Origin: Spirochaetia bacterium
GTDB lineage: Bacteria > Spirochaetota > Spirochaetia > SZUA-6 > Bin103
Direction of reading: 5' to 3'
Length of the DNA stretch: 64,000 nucleotides
NCBI GenBank assembly: GCA_965203515.1
Contig: OZ241907.1
Coordinates: 1,511,379-1,575,378 of the forward strand
Shown piece by piece: positions 36,651 through 45,632 of the stretch. The notes beneath the pieces were generated by a model. It was given only the letters and a program-made list of their open reading frames with translations. It was not told the DNA's origin and did no database searches. The position numbers and the translations under genes were made by a program. Within the stretch, counting starts at the first letter, position 1, and each line of letters begins with the position of its first letter.

Positions 36651-38468
36651 CTACCCGCCGCCGGCGCCATCCTCCTCGTAGATCGCCTGCCCCCGATGCA
36701 GGCGCCGCGCGATCAGGGCCGTGCTCAGGCCGGCGCGCCGCGTCGGACAGTGCGCGGCCAGGTTGCGCGCCACGCCGACCATCAGGTGCTCCCGCTCCGG
36801 GCCGTCCCCCCAGAGCCGTCCCTGCGCCACCGCCGCTTCCAGTACCTGCAGGCTGTGGAAGTCGAGGTCCTCGCGCACCGTCGCGTGCGCCAGCGTATCG
36901 ATCAGCCGCTCCGGGGAGCCGCCCGTGCGCAGATAGCGGGCGGTCAGCGCGTCCGCCTGACCGGGAACGCTGCGGCGGTCCATGGTATCGAGCAGGCGGT
37001 CGAGCAGCTCCTGCGGTTCCGCCGGCAGCGCGTCCAGGCCGTCCCGCTCGCCCGGCAGTCGGGCCGGCGGCACGTTCAGGAACCGGTCGGCGTGTACCGC
37101 CAGCGCCGCCTGCACGATCGCCGCCGCCGTGCGCGTGGTCGGGTTGCGCCGGACGGCCCGGTCCACGGCGTTGGCAAAGATGAAGGTGTGCTGCGCGCTG
37201 AACCAGTCGCCTACGTCGTTGGAGGCCGAGAAGCGCGCCAGACGCAGGCCGGCCGCGTAGGCGACCACGGCCGACAGCGTCCGGGGGGCGATCCCGCCGG
37301 CGAAGGCATCGGCGATCGCCGCCACCAGCGCCGGCCCGTCATCGCCGAGCAGGACCGGCAGCAGCCGGCCCGCCGTTTCACGCGCCCGCGCCGCGTCGTC
37401 CGCTCCGGCGGCCGACCCGTCTGCGGCCGAACCGTCCGCGGCCGCCGCGTTCCGGCCCGATTCCAGCAGGCCCGGCAGCGATCGCTCCACCTCGCGGGCT
37501 GCGCTCACCAGATCGACCGGGTGCCGCCAGGCGCTTCCCTCCTCCTCGCCGCGCGCCGCGGCGATCCGGCCGGCCAGGAGCGCCACGTGGGTCTCCGCAT
37601 CGCCGGCGCCGACGTGATCGAGCAGCTCGAATACCTTGTTGCACGAATCGAGCAAGTGGCCGCCCTCCGCGTAGAGCCGCTGCGCCGCCGCGCCGCACAG
37701 CAGTCCGGCGGCGTCGCGCGCGCGGAGCGTTCGCAGCGCGGTCGCCAACGTGCGCTCGATCCCGTCGGCGTGGCGCGCGGCGACGAACGTCTCCAGCCAG
37801 CGGGACAGCTCGTCGAGCCGGCGGCCGTCGCCGTCGAGCGCCCCGCGCAGGCGGTGCGGCACCGCCCCGGCCGCCTCCGCGGCGACCTGCCGGGTCGCGT
37901 AGCAGAGCGCCAGATAGCGCGTATCCTCGCTCAGGTACGGCGCGAGGTTCGCCACGCAGGTGAGGCGCACCAACCCCTCGCCCCACCTCGCCAGCCTGCG
38001 GGCGGCGAAGCCGGCGACGGTGGCGATCACCCCGGCCGCGTCCTGACCGCCGTCCAGGAGCCCGAGCAGCGCCTTGGCCTGGATCAGTCCCACGCCGATA
38101 TCGAGCCCGCGCTGCAGGCGCCGTCCGTAGAAGGCCGCATCGGCGCGCCGGCGCGGAGTCCGGGAGACCATGACCTGTCCATCGACGATCCGCACCTCGT
38201 AGGAGGGTACGTCGTCGGCGAACAGGTCGAACGCGCAGCCGCTGGCGGCGTCGAACCGGGCGTGGTGCCAGTGACAGGTCAGGATGCCGTCGCGGAGCGA
38301 GCCGCGGTGCAGCGGAAACCCCATGTGCGGGCAGCGGTTGTCCACGGCCGCCAGGCGGTCGCCGTCGGCGAATACCGCGATCGTGACCCCGTCACCCTCG
38401 ACCAGGACGACCCCCTTGGCGCGCACCGACTCGACCGTGCCCGCCGCAACGTACCGTTCATCGACCAT
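36651..38468 (-). CDS. Rieske [2Fe-2S] protein: N-terminal NirD-like ferredoxin fused to a large helical domain
   Basis: 'DNRCPHMGFPL', 'TCHWHHARFD' Rieske ligands; RBS GGAGG. Confidence 0.85.
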   Translation of the reverse strand: MVDERYVAAGTVESVRAKGVVLVEGDGVTIAVFADGDRLAAVDNRCPHMGFPLHRGSLRDGILTCHWHHARFDAASGCAFDLFADDVPSYEVRIVDGQVMVSRTPRRRADAAFYGRRLQRGLDIGVGLIQAKALLGLLDGGQDAAGVIATVAGFAARRLARWGEGLVRLTCVANLAPYLSEDTRYLALCYATRQVAAEAAGAVPHRLRGALDGDGRRLDELSRWLETFVAARHADGIERTLATALRTLRARDAAGLLCGAAAQRLYAEGGHLLDSCNKVFELLDHVGAGDAETHVALLAGRIAAARGEEEGSAWRHPVDLVSAAREVERSLPGLLESGRNAAAADGSAADGSAAGADDAARARETAGRLLPVLLGDDGPALVAAIADAFAGGIAPRTLSAVVAYAAGLRLARFSASNDVGDWFSAQHTFIFANAVDRAVRRNPTTRTAAAIVQAALAVHADRFLNVPPARLPGERDGLDALPAEPQELLDRLLDTMDRRSVPGQADALTARYLRTGGSPERLIDTLAHATVREDLDFHSLQVLEAAVAQGRLWGDGPEREHLMVGVARNLAAHCPTRRAGLSTALIARRLHRGQAIYEEDGAGGG

Positions 38469-38580
38469 CGCGCGCCCCCTTCCCTCCCGTTTGTACCCTG
38501 TTATCCGGCGAGCCGCCATACCGGCGCGCCTGCCCGTCCGGTGAGTTGTGACGCACGCGAGCGCCGCGCGCGGCGGCGGG

Positions 38581-39486
38581 TCAGCGTTCGCGCCGCGCCG
38601 CCAGCAGCGCCCCGCCCGTGGCCAGCACGACGCCGGCGACGGCCGGCCCACCCACCCGGTCGCCGCGCAGCAGAACGCCCAGCAGCAGCGCCACCACCGG
38701 GATCAGGTAGGTGATGAACGAGGCTCGCACCGAACCGGCGCGGCCCACCAGGGTGCCCATGATCCAGTAGGCGGCTCCGGTGCCCACGACGCCGATCGCC
38801 AGCACCGCGAACAACGCCGGCCAGGCGAACGCGGAGCCGCCCAGTCCGTACAGGCCGTACGGCGCGGTCCACAGCGCCCCGAGCGCCACGATGCGCGCCA
38901 TCACCGGCACCGCTCCGTAGCGCTGCTGCAGCGGCACGGCCAAGTTGACCGCCACGCCGTAGCAGAGGGTCGCGCACAGGATCAACGCGACGCCGGCGGC
39001 GCTGGTGGCGCCGGGCGCCGCGGTCGACCAGGCGATCGCCGTCACGCCGGCCGATCCGATCAGCAGCCCGGCGAGCCGCGCCGGCCGCGGCGCGCGCCGC
39101 AGCAGCGCGGTGGACAGGATCGCGGCGAAGATCGGCATCGCCCCGTTGAGCATGCCGGTGAGCGCCGAGTTCACCCACTGCTGGGCGATCGGGAAGATCG
39201 TGAACGGCGCCGCGACCCAGACGAACGACAGCACCACGACCCGCAGGCGGTCCTCGGCCGCCAGCGGCCGGCGCGCGGCCGGCACCAGCCACAGCGTGGC
39301 CGCCCCGCCGGCCACCCGCAGGAAGGTGATCAGGCCGGGCCGAAACGCATCGAGGGCGATGTCGATGAGCAGGAACGACGCGCCCCAGATCGTCGATATC
39401 GAACAGAACAACGCCCAATCGGCTGCGGTGAAGGCTCCGGGGTTGGCGCTGTCCGCGGTGCTGAAGAGCCGCCTACCGGCGCCCAT
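38581..39486 (-). CDS. DMT/EamA family transporter
   Basis: ~10 hydrophobic segments; 'IWGASF', 'YLIPVVALLLG'. Confidence 0.88.
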   Translation of the reverse strand: MGAGRRLFSTADSANPGAFTAADWALFCSISTIWGASFLLIDIALDAFRPGLITFLRVAGGAATLWLVPAARRPLAAEDRLRVVVLSFVWVAAPFTIFPIAQQWVNSALTGMLNGAMPIFAAILSTALLRRAPRPARLAGLLIGSAGVTAIAWSTAAPGATSAAGVALILCATLCYGVAVNLAVPLQQRYGAVPVMARIVALGALWTAPYGLYGLGGSAFAWPALFAVLAIGVVGTGAAYWIMGTLVGRAGSVRASFITYLIPVVALLLGVLLRGDRVGGPAVAGVVLATGGALLAARRER

Positions 39487-40420
39487 GCGCCGGACCGGTC
39501 GGCAGCCCGACCTCCTCCAGCAGCGCCGGAATCCGCTCCTTGTCCGTCGCGTCCGGGGAACGGAACGGAGCCGACACCGTGTCGTGCTCGATGATCCCCA
39601 TCAGCTTGAGCGCGGCCTTGAGTCCGGCGTAGCCGATCCCGCTGCTCCCGGCGCGCAGCCGCGTCACCCGCGCGGCGGCGAGCACCCGTTCGAGGCGGCG
39701 TTCGGCGGTCTCCCGATCGCCGCGCTGGCCGGCCTCCCAGGCGTCGGCCAGCGCGCGCGGAATCAGGTTGCCGATCCCGGGGACGATGCCGTGAGCGCCG
39801 GTGCCGGCCATGGCGGCGCGCCAGACGGAGCCGACCAGCCGGTACAGGGCGAGCCGACGCATGCGGCAGAGCATGACGAGCTGCGCGAACGTCTCGCCCC
39901 CGCCGGAGCTGTCCTTGACCCCCGCCGCGGTGCCGTCGGCGGCCAGCGCGGCGATCGTGTCCGGCTCCACCGTCACCTTGACGGTGGAGGGGATGTTGTA
40001 GACCCACAGCGGTTGGCCGCAGCGGTCGGCGATGGCGCGGAAGTGGTCGATCAGCTCGTCCTGCGTGTGGTGGTAGTAGTACGGCGGGGTGGCGGCGATG
40101 CCGGTGAGCGGGCAGTCGCGAAGCGCCTCCGCGCCGGCGATGGCGGCGCGGGTGGCGGGGGCCGAGACGTTGCCGATCACCGGCACGCGGCCGGCCGCCT
40201 GCTCGACGACGGTCTCGATCACCAAGCGGCGGGCGTCCGCATCGAGCGCCGCGAACTCGCCCGTGGTGCCGGCCGCCCAGATGCCGTGCACGCCGCCGTC
40301 GATGAGGTAGTCGGTGAGCCGCCGCAGCGAGGCGACGTCGACCGCTTCGTCCGGCGTGAGCGGAGTCAGAATCGGCACGACCACGCCGCGCACGGCGCCG
40401 CGCCCTGCTTCGTGTCTCAT
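39473..40420 (-). CDS. DHDPS/NAL-family class I aldolase (probably not true DapA)
   Basis: 'VPILTP', 'GTTGEF', 'PPYYY', 'YNIPSTV', Schiff-base 'GVKDSSG'. Confidence 0.85.
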   Translation of the reverse strand: MRHEAGRGAVRGVVVPILTPLTPDEAVDVASLRRLTDYLIDGGVHGIWAAGTTGEFAALDADARRLVIETVVEQAAGRVPVIGNVSAPATRAAIAGAEALRDCPLTGIAATPPYYYHHTQDELIDHFRAIADRCGQPLWVYNIPSTVKVTVEPDTIAALAADGTAAGVKDSSGGGETFAQLVMLCRMRRLALYRLVGSVWRAAMAGTGAHGIVPGIGNLIPRALADAWEAGQRGDRETAERRLERVLAAARVTRLRAGSSGIGYAGLKAALKLMGIIEHDTVSAPFRSPDATDKERIPALLEEVGLPTGPAHGRR

Positions 40421-40442
40421 CGATGGTGCTCCCCGGTTCGTT

Positions 40443-40515
40443 TGAGCCGCGACGGATTCGAACCGTCGACCCACAGCTTAAAAGGCTGTTGCTCTACCAC
40501 CTGAGCTAGCGGCCC
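40443..40515 (-). tRNA. tRNA-Lys (anticodon UUU), CCA not encoded
   Basis: Reverse complement GGGCCGCTAGCTCAGGTGGTAGAGCAACAGCCTTTTAAGCTGTGGGTCGACGGTTCGAATCCGTCGCGGCTCA; anticodon loop CTTTTAA, T-loop GGTTCGAATCC. Confidence 0.97.
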
Positions 40516-40548
40516 GTATGACACCGTATGACGTCGAGCCCTGCGGCG

Positions 40549-40950
40549 CTAGGTAGCCTCCGGCAGAGCCGGCGCGCCGCCGGAATCGGTTGCGGAGGGG
40601 TCGTCGCCCATGATGCAGCGCCCGTTGAGCCGGCCGCCGCTCTCCATCGCCAGCTCCGGAGTGGTGACGTCGCCGACCACGGCCGCGGTCGAGTAGAGCT
40701 CGACGCCGGCCCGCGCGGTCACGTCGCCGCGGACCCGCCCCTTGCAGCGCAGGCGCTCCACTTCGACCTGCGCGGACACCGTGGCGTGCTCGTCGACGTA
40801 GAGTATCCCGGAAGCGGTGACCCGGCCCTTCAGGTCGCCCTTGACGATCAGCGAACGCTCGAACGTCACCTCGCCCTCGAACTCCACGTCCTCGCCCAAC
40901 ACCGTATCGATGGAGTCGTCATCGAACTCCAAAAGCCTTCGATCGGACAC
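40549..40950 (-). CDS. Polymer-forming cytoskeletal protein (bactofilin)
   Basis: 'TVLGEDVEFEGEVTF', 'VKGDLKGRV', 'AVVGDVTTPELAMESGGRLNGRCIM'. Confidence 0.9.
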   Translation of the reverse strand: MSDRRLLEFDDDSIDTVLGEDVEFEGEVTFERSLIVKGDLKGRVTASGILYVDEHATVSAQVEVERLRCKGRVRGDVTARAGVELYSTAAVVGDVTTPELAMESGGRLNGRCIMGDDPSATDSGGAPALPEAT

Positions 40951-41098
40951 AATCGGCCCTCCGCGCGTAGAGTCTGTCGAGTCGCCGCGTCAGCTGCAAG
41001 CGCGGCCGGAAGCGGTTCAACTCCAACGGAATTCCACCATCTCCGCGGACGCCTCATCCCGCTATCGTTTCGGCAGCACGTCGCGCTGCGCCATCAGA

Positions 41099-42430
41099 CT
41101 ACGGGATGCCTGCGTGGCGGTTGCGATGATGGGCGGCGCACAGCAGTCGGAGATTGTTCGGCTCGGCGCCGCCGCCCTGGGCATACGGCACGACGTGATC
41201 GATCTGCAGCAGGTGTTGGGAGCCGCAGCGGCGTCCGCTGGTGCGGTTCACGTAGCTGCAGCGGCCCCGGTCGCGCCGCCAGACTTCGCGTTTGACCGCC
41301 GCCGGGATGGCGCGGCCGGTCCCGCCGCCCGCCTTCGCTGCCGAAGTTTGGGCCCGCGGCGGCGCCGCCCGCTTCGCGCCCGCCACAGCCTGCCGGCCGA
41401 GGTCCGCGTCTTCGGCGCCGAAGTCGTGTCGCCCGCCGGCTTCGCCGCCGAAGTGTCCGGGCGTTCCAGGCCGCGGCCCGCCTGCAGCGGCGGCTTCGTC
41501 TCCCGGCTGCGCCGCCGCCGAAGGAGCGGCGCTGTCCGATCGAGCCTCCTGCTTCGCTGCCGAAGCGGCGCGAGCCGAGGCCGCCTGCGTCTTCGCCGCC
41601 GAAGTCCGCTCGGCGCTTGCGGCCCGGGCGCCGATGCGACGCCCGCGCGGCGGCCGGGCCGGATCGTGGCGGTCGAGCCCTTCCTGCACCAGCCGCCCCA
41701 TGAGCTGCCCCAACGTCATGTGCGGGTCGACGTGGGACAGGAGGCCCTTGAGCCGCTCCAAGCCGCACCGGCACTCATCGTCGATGACCGCCTTGAGCTC
41801 CCAGCGCCCGGCGCCCAGCGGACGCACCCGATCCGCCGGCACCGCCAGCTCCGGGTCGACCTCGGCCAGCAACCGCATCACCTGCCGGCTGCTCTTGCCG
41901 GCCGCCTGCTCCACCAGCGCCCGCCGCGCCGACCGGTCCAGCACCGGCGTCGGCTTCCGCTCCGCCGGCTGAGCCGGTCCCGGCGTCGGCGCCTCGCCGT
42001 CCTGCGACCGCGCGGCGGCCCCGAATCCGATCCCGCGCGGCGCGCTACGCGCCGCGCGGTCCCTGTTGCGCTCCTGCCGGTCGAAGGCGTTCTGCAACTG
42101 CGCGGCCGCGTTGAGCGTCATCGAGCCGTCCTGCAGGCGTTCGCGCACGCCGTCGAAGTCCGCGCAGAGCCGCATCGCCTTGATGCGCCGCCAGGCGGCG
42201 GCGTCGCTGTAGCCCAGCTCGCGCACCGCGTAATCGAACAGGCTGGAGAACCCGCGGCGCAGATACAGTCGGCGCTTATGTATCTCGCGGAGGTGGTCGA
42301 TGACGACGACTTCGAGCTGGTGTTCGATGCCGGACAGTTCCTTGGTCCGCGCTATCAGGCGGTCGTCGGAGAGAGCGGAAACGGTGGTCGTGATGGCTGC
42401 GCCGGCCGTGTCGGAACGAGTGCCGTTCAT
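41099..42430 (-). CDS. HNH endonuclease with N-terminal helical (DUF222-like) domain and Ala-rich linker
   Basis: 'LYLRRGFSSLFDYAVRELGYS'; C-terminal 'IPAAVKREVWRRDRGRCSY..RRCGSQHLLQIDHVVPYAQGG..NNLRLLCAAHH'. Confidence 0.88.
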   Translation of the reverse strand: MNGTRSDTAGAAITTTVSALSDDRLIARTKELSGIEHQLEVVVIDHLREIHKRRLYLRRGFSSLFDYAVRELGYSDAAAWRRIKAMRLCADFDGVRERLQDGSMTLNAAAQLQNAFDRQERNRDRAARSAPRGIGFGAAARSQDGEAPTPGPAQPAERKPTPVLDRSARRALVEQAAGKSSRQVMRLLAEVDPELAVPADRVRPLGAGRWELKAVIDDECRCGLERLKGLLSHVDPHMTLGQLMGRLVQEGLDRHDPARPPRGRRIGARAASAERTSAAKTQAASARAASAAKQEARSDSAAPSAAAQPGDEAAAAGGPRPGTPGHFGGEAGGRHDFGAEDADLGRQAVAGAKRAAPPRAQTSAAKAGGGTGRAIPAAVKREVWRRDRGRCSYVNRTSGRRCGSQHLLQIDHVVPYAQGGGAEPNNLRLLCAAHHRNRHAGIP

Positions 42431-42436
42431 GGCACA

Positions 42437-42465
42437 AGTATAATGATGTAAAGTAGTTGAGTCAA
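42437..42465 (-). promoter_or_regulatory. Near-consensus sigma70 promoter TTGACT-17-TATACT; ATG 6 nt downstream (leaderless)
   Basis: -35 at 42460-42465, -10 at 42437-42442, ATG at 42430; AT-rich patch in GC-rich DNA; no SD. Confidence 0.75.
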
Positions 42466-42956
42466 GTTGTCCGCAACGGTATCCCGGCAAAAAAAGTCTT
42501 CGACAGAAGCTGGTCGCGAAGGCCGCGGTTCTTCGTGTCGATGTTTGGGTCGCGTGCTACTCGGCTGCCGTCGGTTCGACGTGCGAGCGTTTGTGTTCGT
42601 TGGCCGCGCTTCCGAACAGATCGCCCTGTTGCGGTTCCCGCGACCGCATCGCGTCCGGCAGCAGGTTCTCGATCGCCGGTACGGAGACGTTGGCCAGCTC
42701 CTTCGGTTCCAGCTTGTGGAGGCCGCCGCCGTACACCCGGCCTTCGCCGAGCAGCGCCTGCGGACGGATGGCGTTCAGCATCTCCCAGATCGCCCGCTTC
42801 ACCGCCGGTTCTTCTTGCAGGAGGCCGGCGATCGGCCCTTTCGGATACAACATGAGATAGACGTTCGACGCGGTCGCCCGCGAGTGATTTGAGGTGGTCC
42901 TAGAAAACTGGACAGGTTGCTAAGGTGTACTCCAGGCCTTGAGGAGGGCCGACCAG

Positions 42957-43241
42957 ATGGCCAGGAAACGGCGGCGATTCACCGCCGAGTTCAAAGCGCG
43001 CGTGGCGCTCGAAGCGCTCAGCGGCGACCGCACGATTCAGGCGATCGCCGCCGATCACGCGGTGCATCCCAACCAAGTCAGCGACTGGAAGCGGCAAGCC
43101 GTCGACGGCTTGCACGACCTGTTCGCCACCGGCGCCAAGCGCCGGCAGGACGATCACGAAGCGATCATCCACGACCTGCACGCCAAGATCGGCGAGTTGA
43201 CCGTGGAGCGCGATTTTTTAGCGCGCGGGCTCGCTCGTTGA
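42957..43241 (+). CDS. IS3 OrfA (HTH_Tnp_1)
   Basis: 'RRRFTAEFKARVALEAL..DRTIQAIAADHAVHPNQVSDWK', 'KIGELTVERDFL'; RBS GAGGAGG. Confidence 0.93.
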   Translation: MARKRRRFTAEFKARVALEALSGDRTIQAIAADHAVHPNQVSDWKRQAVDGLHDLFATGAKRRQDDHEAIIHDLHAKIGELTVERDFLARGLAR

Positions 43242-44095
43242 GCCGCGACCAACGGCGCACGATGGTCGATCGAGCCCACCAACACCTGAGCGTCAGCCGG
43301 CAGTGCCGGCTGCTGGCGATGAGTCGCTCGACGCTGTACTACGCGCCGCAGGGCCACAGCGCCGAGACCTTGGCGCTGATGCGCCGCATCGACCAGTTGT
43401 ACCTGTGCTACCCGTTCTACGGCAGCCGCCAGATGGCGCGCCATCTCGAACAGGAGGAAGTGACGGTCGGCCGCCACCGGGTCCGCCGGCTGATGCATCT
43501 GCTCGGCCTGGAGGCGATCTACCGCAAGCCGCGCACCAGCACGGCGCATCCCGAACACTGCGTGTACCCGTATCTGCTGCGCGGCCTGAGCATCGAGCGG
43601 GCGAACCACGTGTGGTGCGCCGACATCACCTACATCCCGGTGCAGGAAGGATATCTGTACCTGGTGGCAGTCATGGACTGGGCGAGCCGGCGGGTGCTGG
43701 CGTGGCGGCTGAGCAACACGCTGGACACCGCGTTCTGCCTCGCGGCGCTCGACGAGGCGCTGCGGCGGTACGGACGGCCGCAGGTCTTCAACACCGATCA
43801 GGGCAGGCAGTTCACGAGCCGGGCGTTCACCGAGCGGCTGCGGGCGGCCGGCATCCGGTGCTCGATGGATGGCCGCCGCCGATGCATGGACAACGTGTTC
43901 ATCGAGCGGCTGTGGCGGTCGTTGAAGTACGAGGCGGTCTACCTGCACGAGTTGGCCGACGGCAGGGCGGCGCGGCGGGTGATCGGGCAGTGGATGGCGT
44001 TCTACAACGAGCAGCGGCCGCACTCGGCGCTCGGCGGGCGCACGCCGGCGCAGTGCTACGACGGCACGCGGGCGGCCAGCGAGCAGGCGGCGTAG
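43214..44095 (+). CDS. IS3 OrfB (rve DDE transposase), in -1 frame from OrfA
   Basis: 'PFYGSR', 'VWCADITYI', 'YLVAVMDWASR', 'FNTDQGRQFTS', 'SMDG..RCMDNVFIERLWRSLKYE', 'FYNEQRPHSAL'; slippery T TTT TTA at 43214-43220. Confidence 0.93.
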   Translation, partial: FFSARARSLSRDQRRTMVDRAHQHLSVSRQCRLLAMSRSTLYYAPQGHSAETLALMRRIDQLYLCYPFYGSRQMARHLEQEEVTVGRHRVRRLMHLLGLEAIYRKPRTSTAHPEHCVYPYLLRGLSIERANHVWCADITYIPVQEGYLYLVAVMDWASRRVLAWRLSNTLDTAFCLAALDEALRRYGRPQVFNTDQGRQFTSRAFTERLRAAGIRCSMDGRRRCMDNVFIERLWRSLKYEAVYLHELADGRAARRVIGQWMAFYNEQRPHSALGGRTPAQCYDGTRAASEQAA

Positions 44096-45632
44096 CGATG
44101 GACCGACGAAGTCACCAGACAGGAGGGCCGCTGATTCAAGACAGGCGGCGGATGACCGCGCTGATGCCGGTCTACGAGGCGAGCGGGTGTGAGTGGCGAC
44201 CGCCATCCCAGGATCGAGGTCGTCGCCCGGCACCCCGGCCTTACCGCCGCATTCGCAAGCGAAGCGACCGAGGGGGTAGCGCAACCACCCGAGTACACCT
44301 TATTCTGCCCCTCAACCTGTCCAACCAACCAGGACCACCTCAATTGAGGATGAAGCGAAACGGTCTCCCGCGTCTGTTGTCACTGCGGCCGATATAGGTG
44401 CAGACGAACGGCGCCGGCGCCCGCTTCTCCTGCGCGTACCACGGCGTTCGATGCCGGCAGATGTGACTCTCGGCAATACCGTGCGCTCTGCCCGCCTCGA
44501 GATAGGACCAGAGCCGCGGATGCCGATCCCTGATCTCCTCCGCTCCCCACCGGCAGTCGAGCAGAAAGAGCCGCCGGTCCAGCAGGGGGTTTCCCCGGTC
44601 GTCCGCCGTCACTTCGTCGTCCGCAAGGTAGCGCGGACTCGGCAGGATCGGCCGAAACGGCTCCGGCGGCAGGCCGCGCCGTTCGATCTCCGCCGCCGGC
44701 AGGATGAAGAACCGGTTGCCGCCGGTGGCTATCCCGCGCCGTATCTCGAAGAAGTCGCCGAGCACCGGGCCAGCAACCGGCGCCTCGTGCTCCTCCATCG
44801 GAAACCGAGTCCACTTCGCAGCGCGCCGCAAGGCCGCGACCGGCACCGGACGATCTACCCGCGGCCGATCCAGGGAGCCTCCGAAGGTGAACCGTACCGC
44901 GTGCTCCGGGGGCGGCGCCCGGTTGCTGAACCAGACCACGGCGGAAGAGACCAGTGCATCGCCGAACTGCACGTCGTTCGGATCGAACCGATGGACGTGG
45001 CGGAGCGTCACGGTGTCGAGCAGGTAGCGCTTCATGACCGAGCCGTAGTTCACGTCCATGAACTCGCTCGGCACCAACCAGCCGGCAAGCGCGTCCCCCG
45101 CCATCCAGGGATGGCTCAGCGCCATGAAGTAGCAGTACAACCCGGCGAGGCCGCTGATCTCCATGCCTCCCGTCTGCCGAGCTCGCGCCTTGAGCCGCTG
45201 CTTCTCCGCGTTCGGGATATGGTGATGCCGGACGTACGGCGGGTTGCATATCAACAGGTCGAACCGCTCCTCATCCTGCGGAGGATCGACTCTCGTAAAG
45301 TCGTCCAGGCGGACTTCCAAGCCGCTCGCGTTCCAGAGTCGCGCCGCCGGCGCTCCGTAGTGCCGGTCGATTTCATAGCCGACCGCCGCTTCGATACGAC
45401 CGCGCGGGAATACGGCGAGCAACGCCGAATAGAACGAACCGGTGCCGACGGCCGGATCGATGAATCGCACGGCTCCCGATTTGCCGATACGCTCGTGCGC
45501 ATAGCGGAGTATGTCCACTGCCAGCGCCGGCGGCGTGGCGAACTGCCCCATCCGGTTCCGCTCCGCCTGATCCTTCCTGGCGTCCAACTCCCGCTGCAAC
45601 GCCAACCGGCGCGCTTCCCGGTCCACGCTCCT

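Larger units (their letters stand above)
42890..44342 (+). mobile_element. Complete IS3-family insertion sequence, 1453 bp, 30-bp imperfect terminal IRs, 3-bp ATT target duplication
   Basis: IRL TGAGGTGGTCCTAGAAAACTGGACAGGTTG vs IRR(rc) TGAGGTGGTCCTGGTTGGTTGGACAGGTTG (24/30); TG...CA ends; ATT at 42887-42889 and 44343-44345. Confidence 0.96.
42557..45626 (-). pseudogene. N6-adenine DNA methyltransferase (gamma class, Eco57I/TaqI-like) interrupted by IS3 at 42890-44342
   Basis: 'GQFATP', motif I 'DPAVGTG', motif IV 'NPPYVRHH', 'LVPSEFMDVNYG'; removing IS plus one ATT restores 'RFILN|HSRATASNVYLMLYPK'. Confidence 0.92.

Noticed and set aside
39473-40420. Calling this gene dapA
   Set aside because: It lacks the Arg after YNxP and has no lysine-pathway neighbours; left as DHDPS/NAL family
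43239-43249. 11-bp match TGAGCCGCGAC to the tRNA-Lys 3' end (possible att site)
   Set aside because: It is short, lies inside IS coding sequence and is on the 5' side of the tRNA; no integrase in the window
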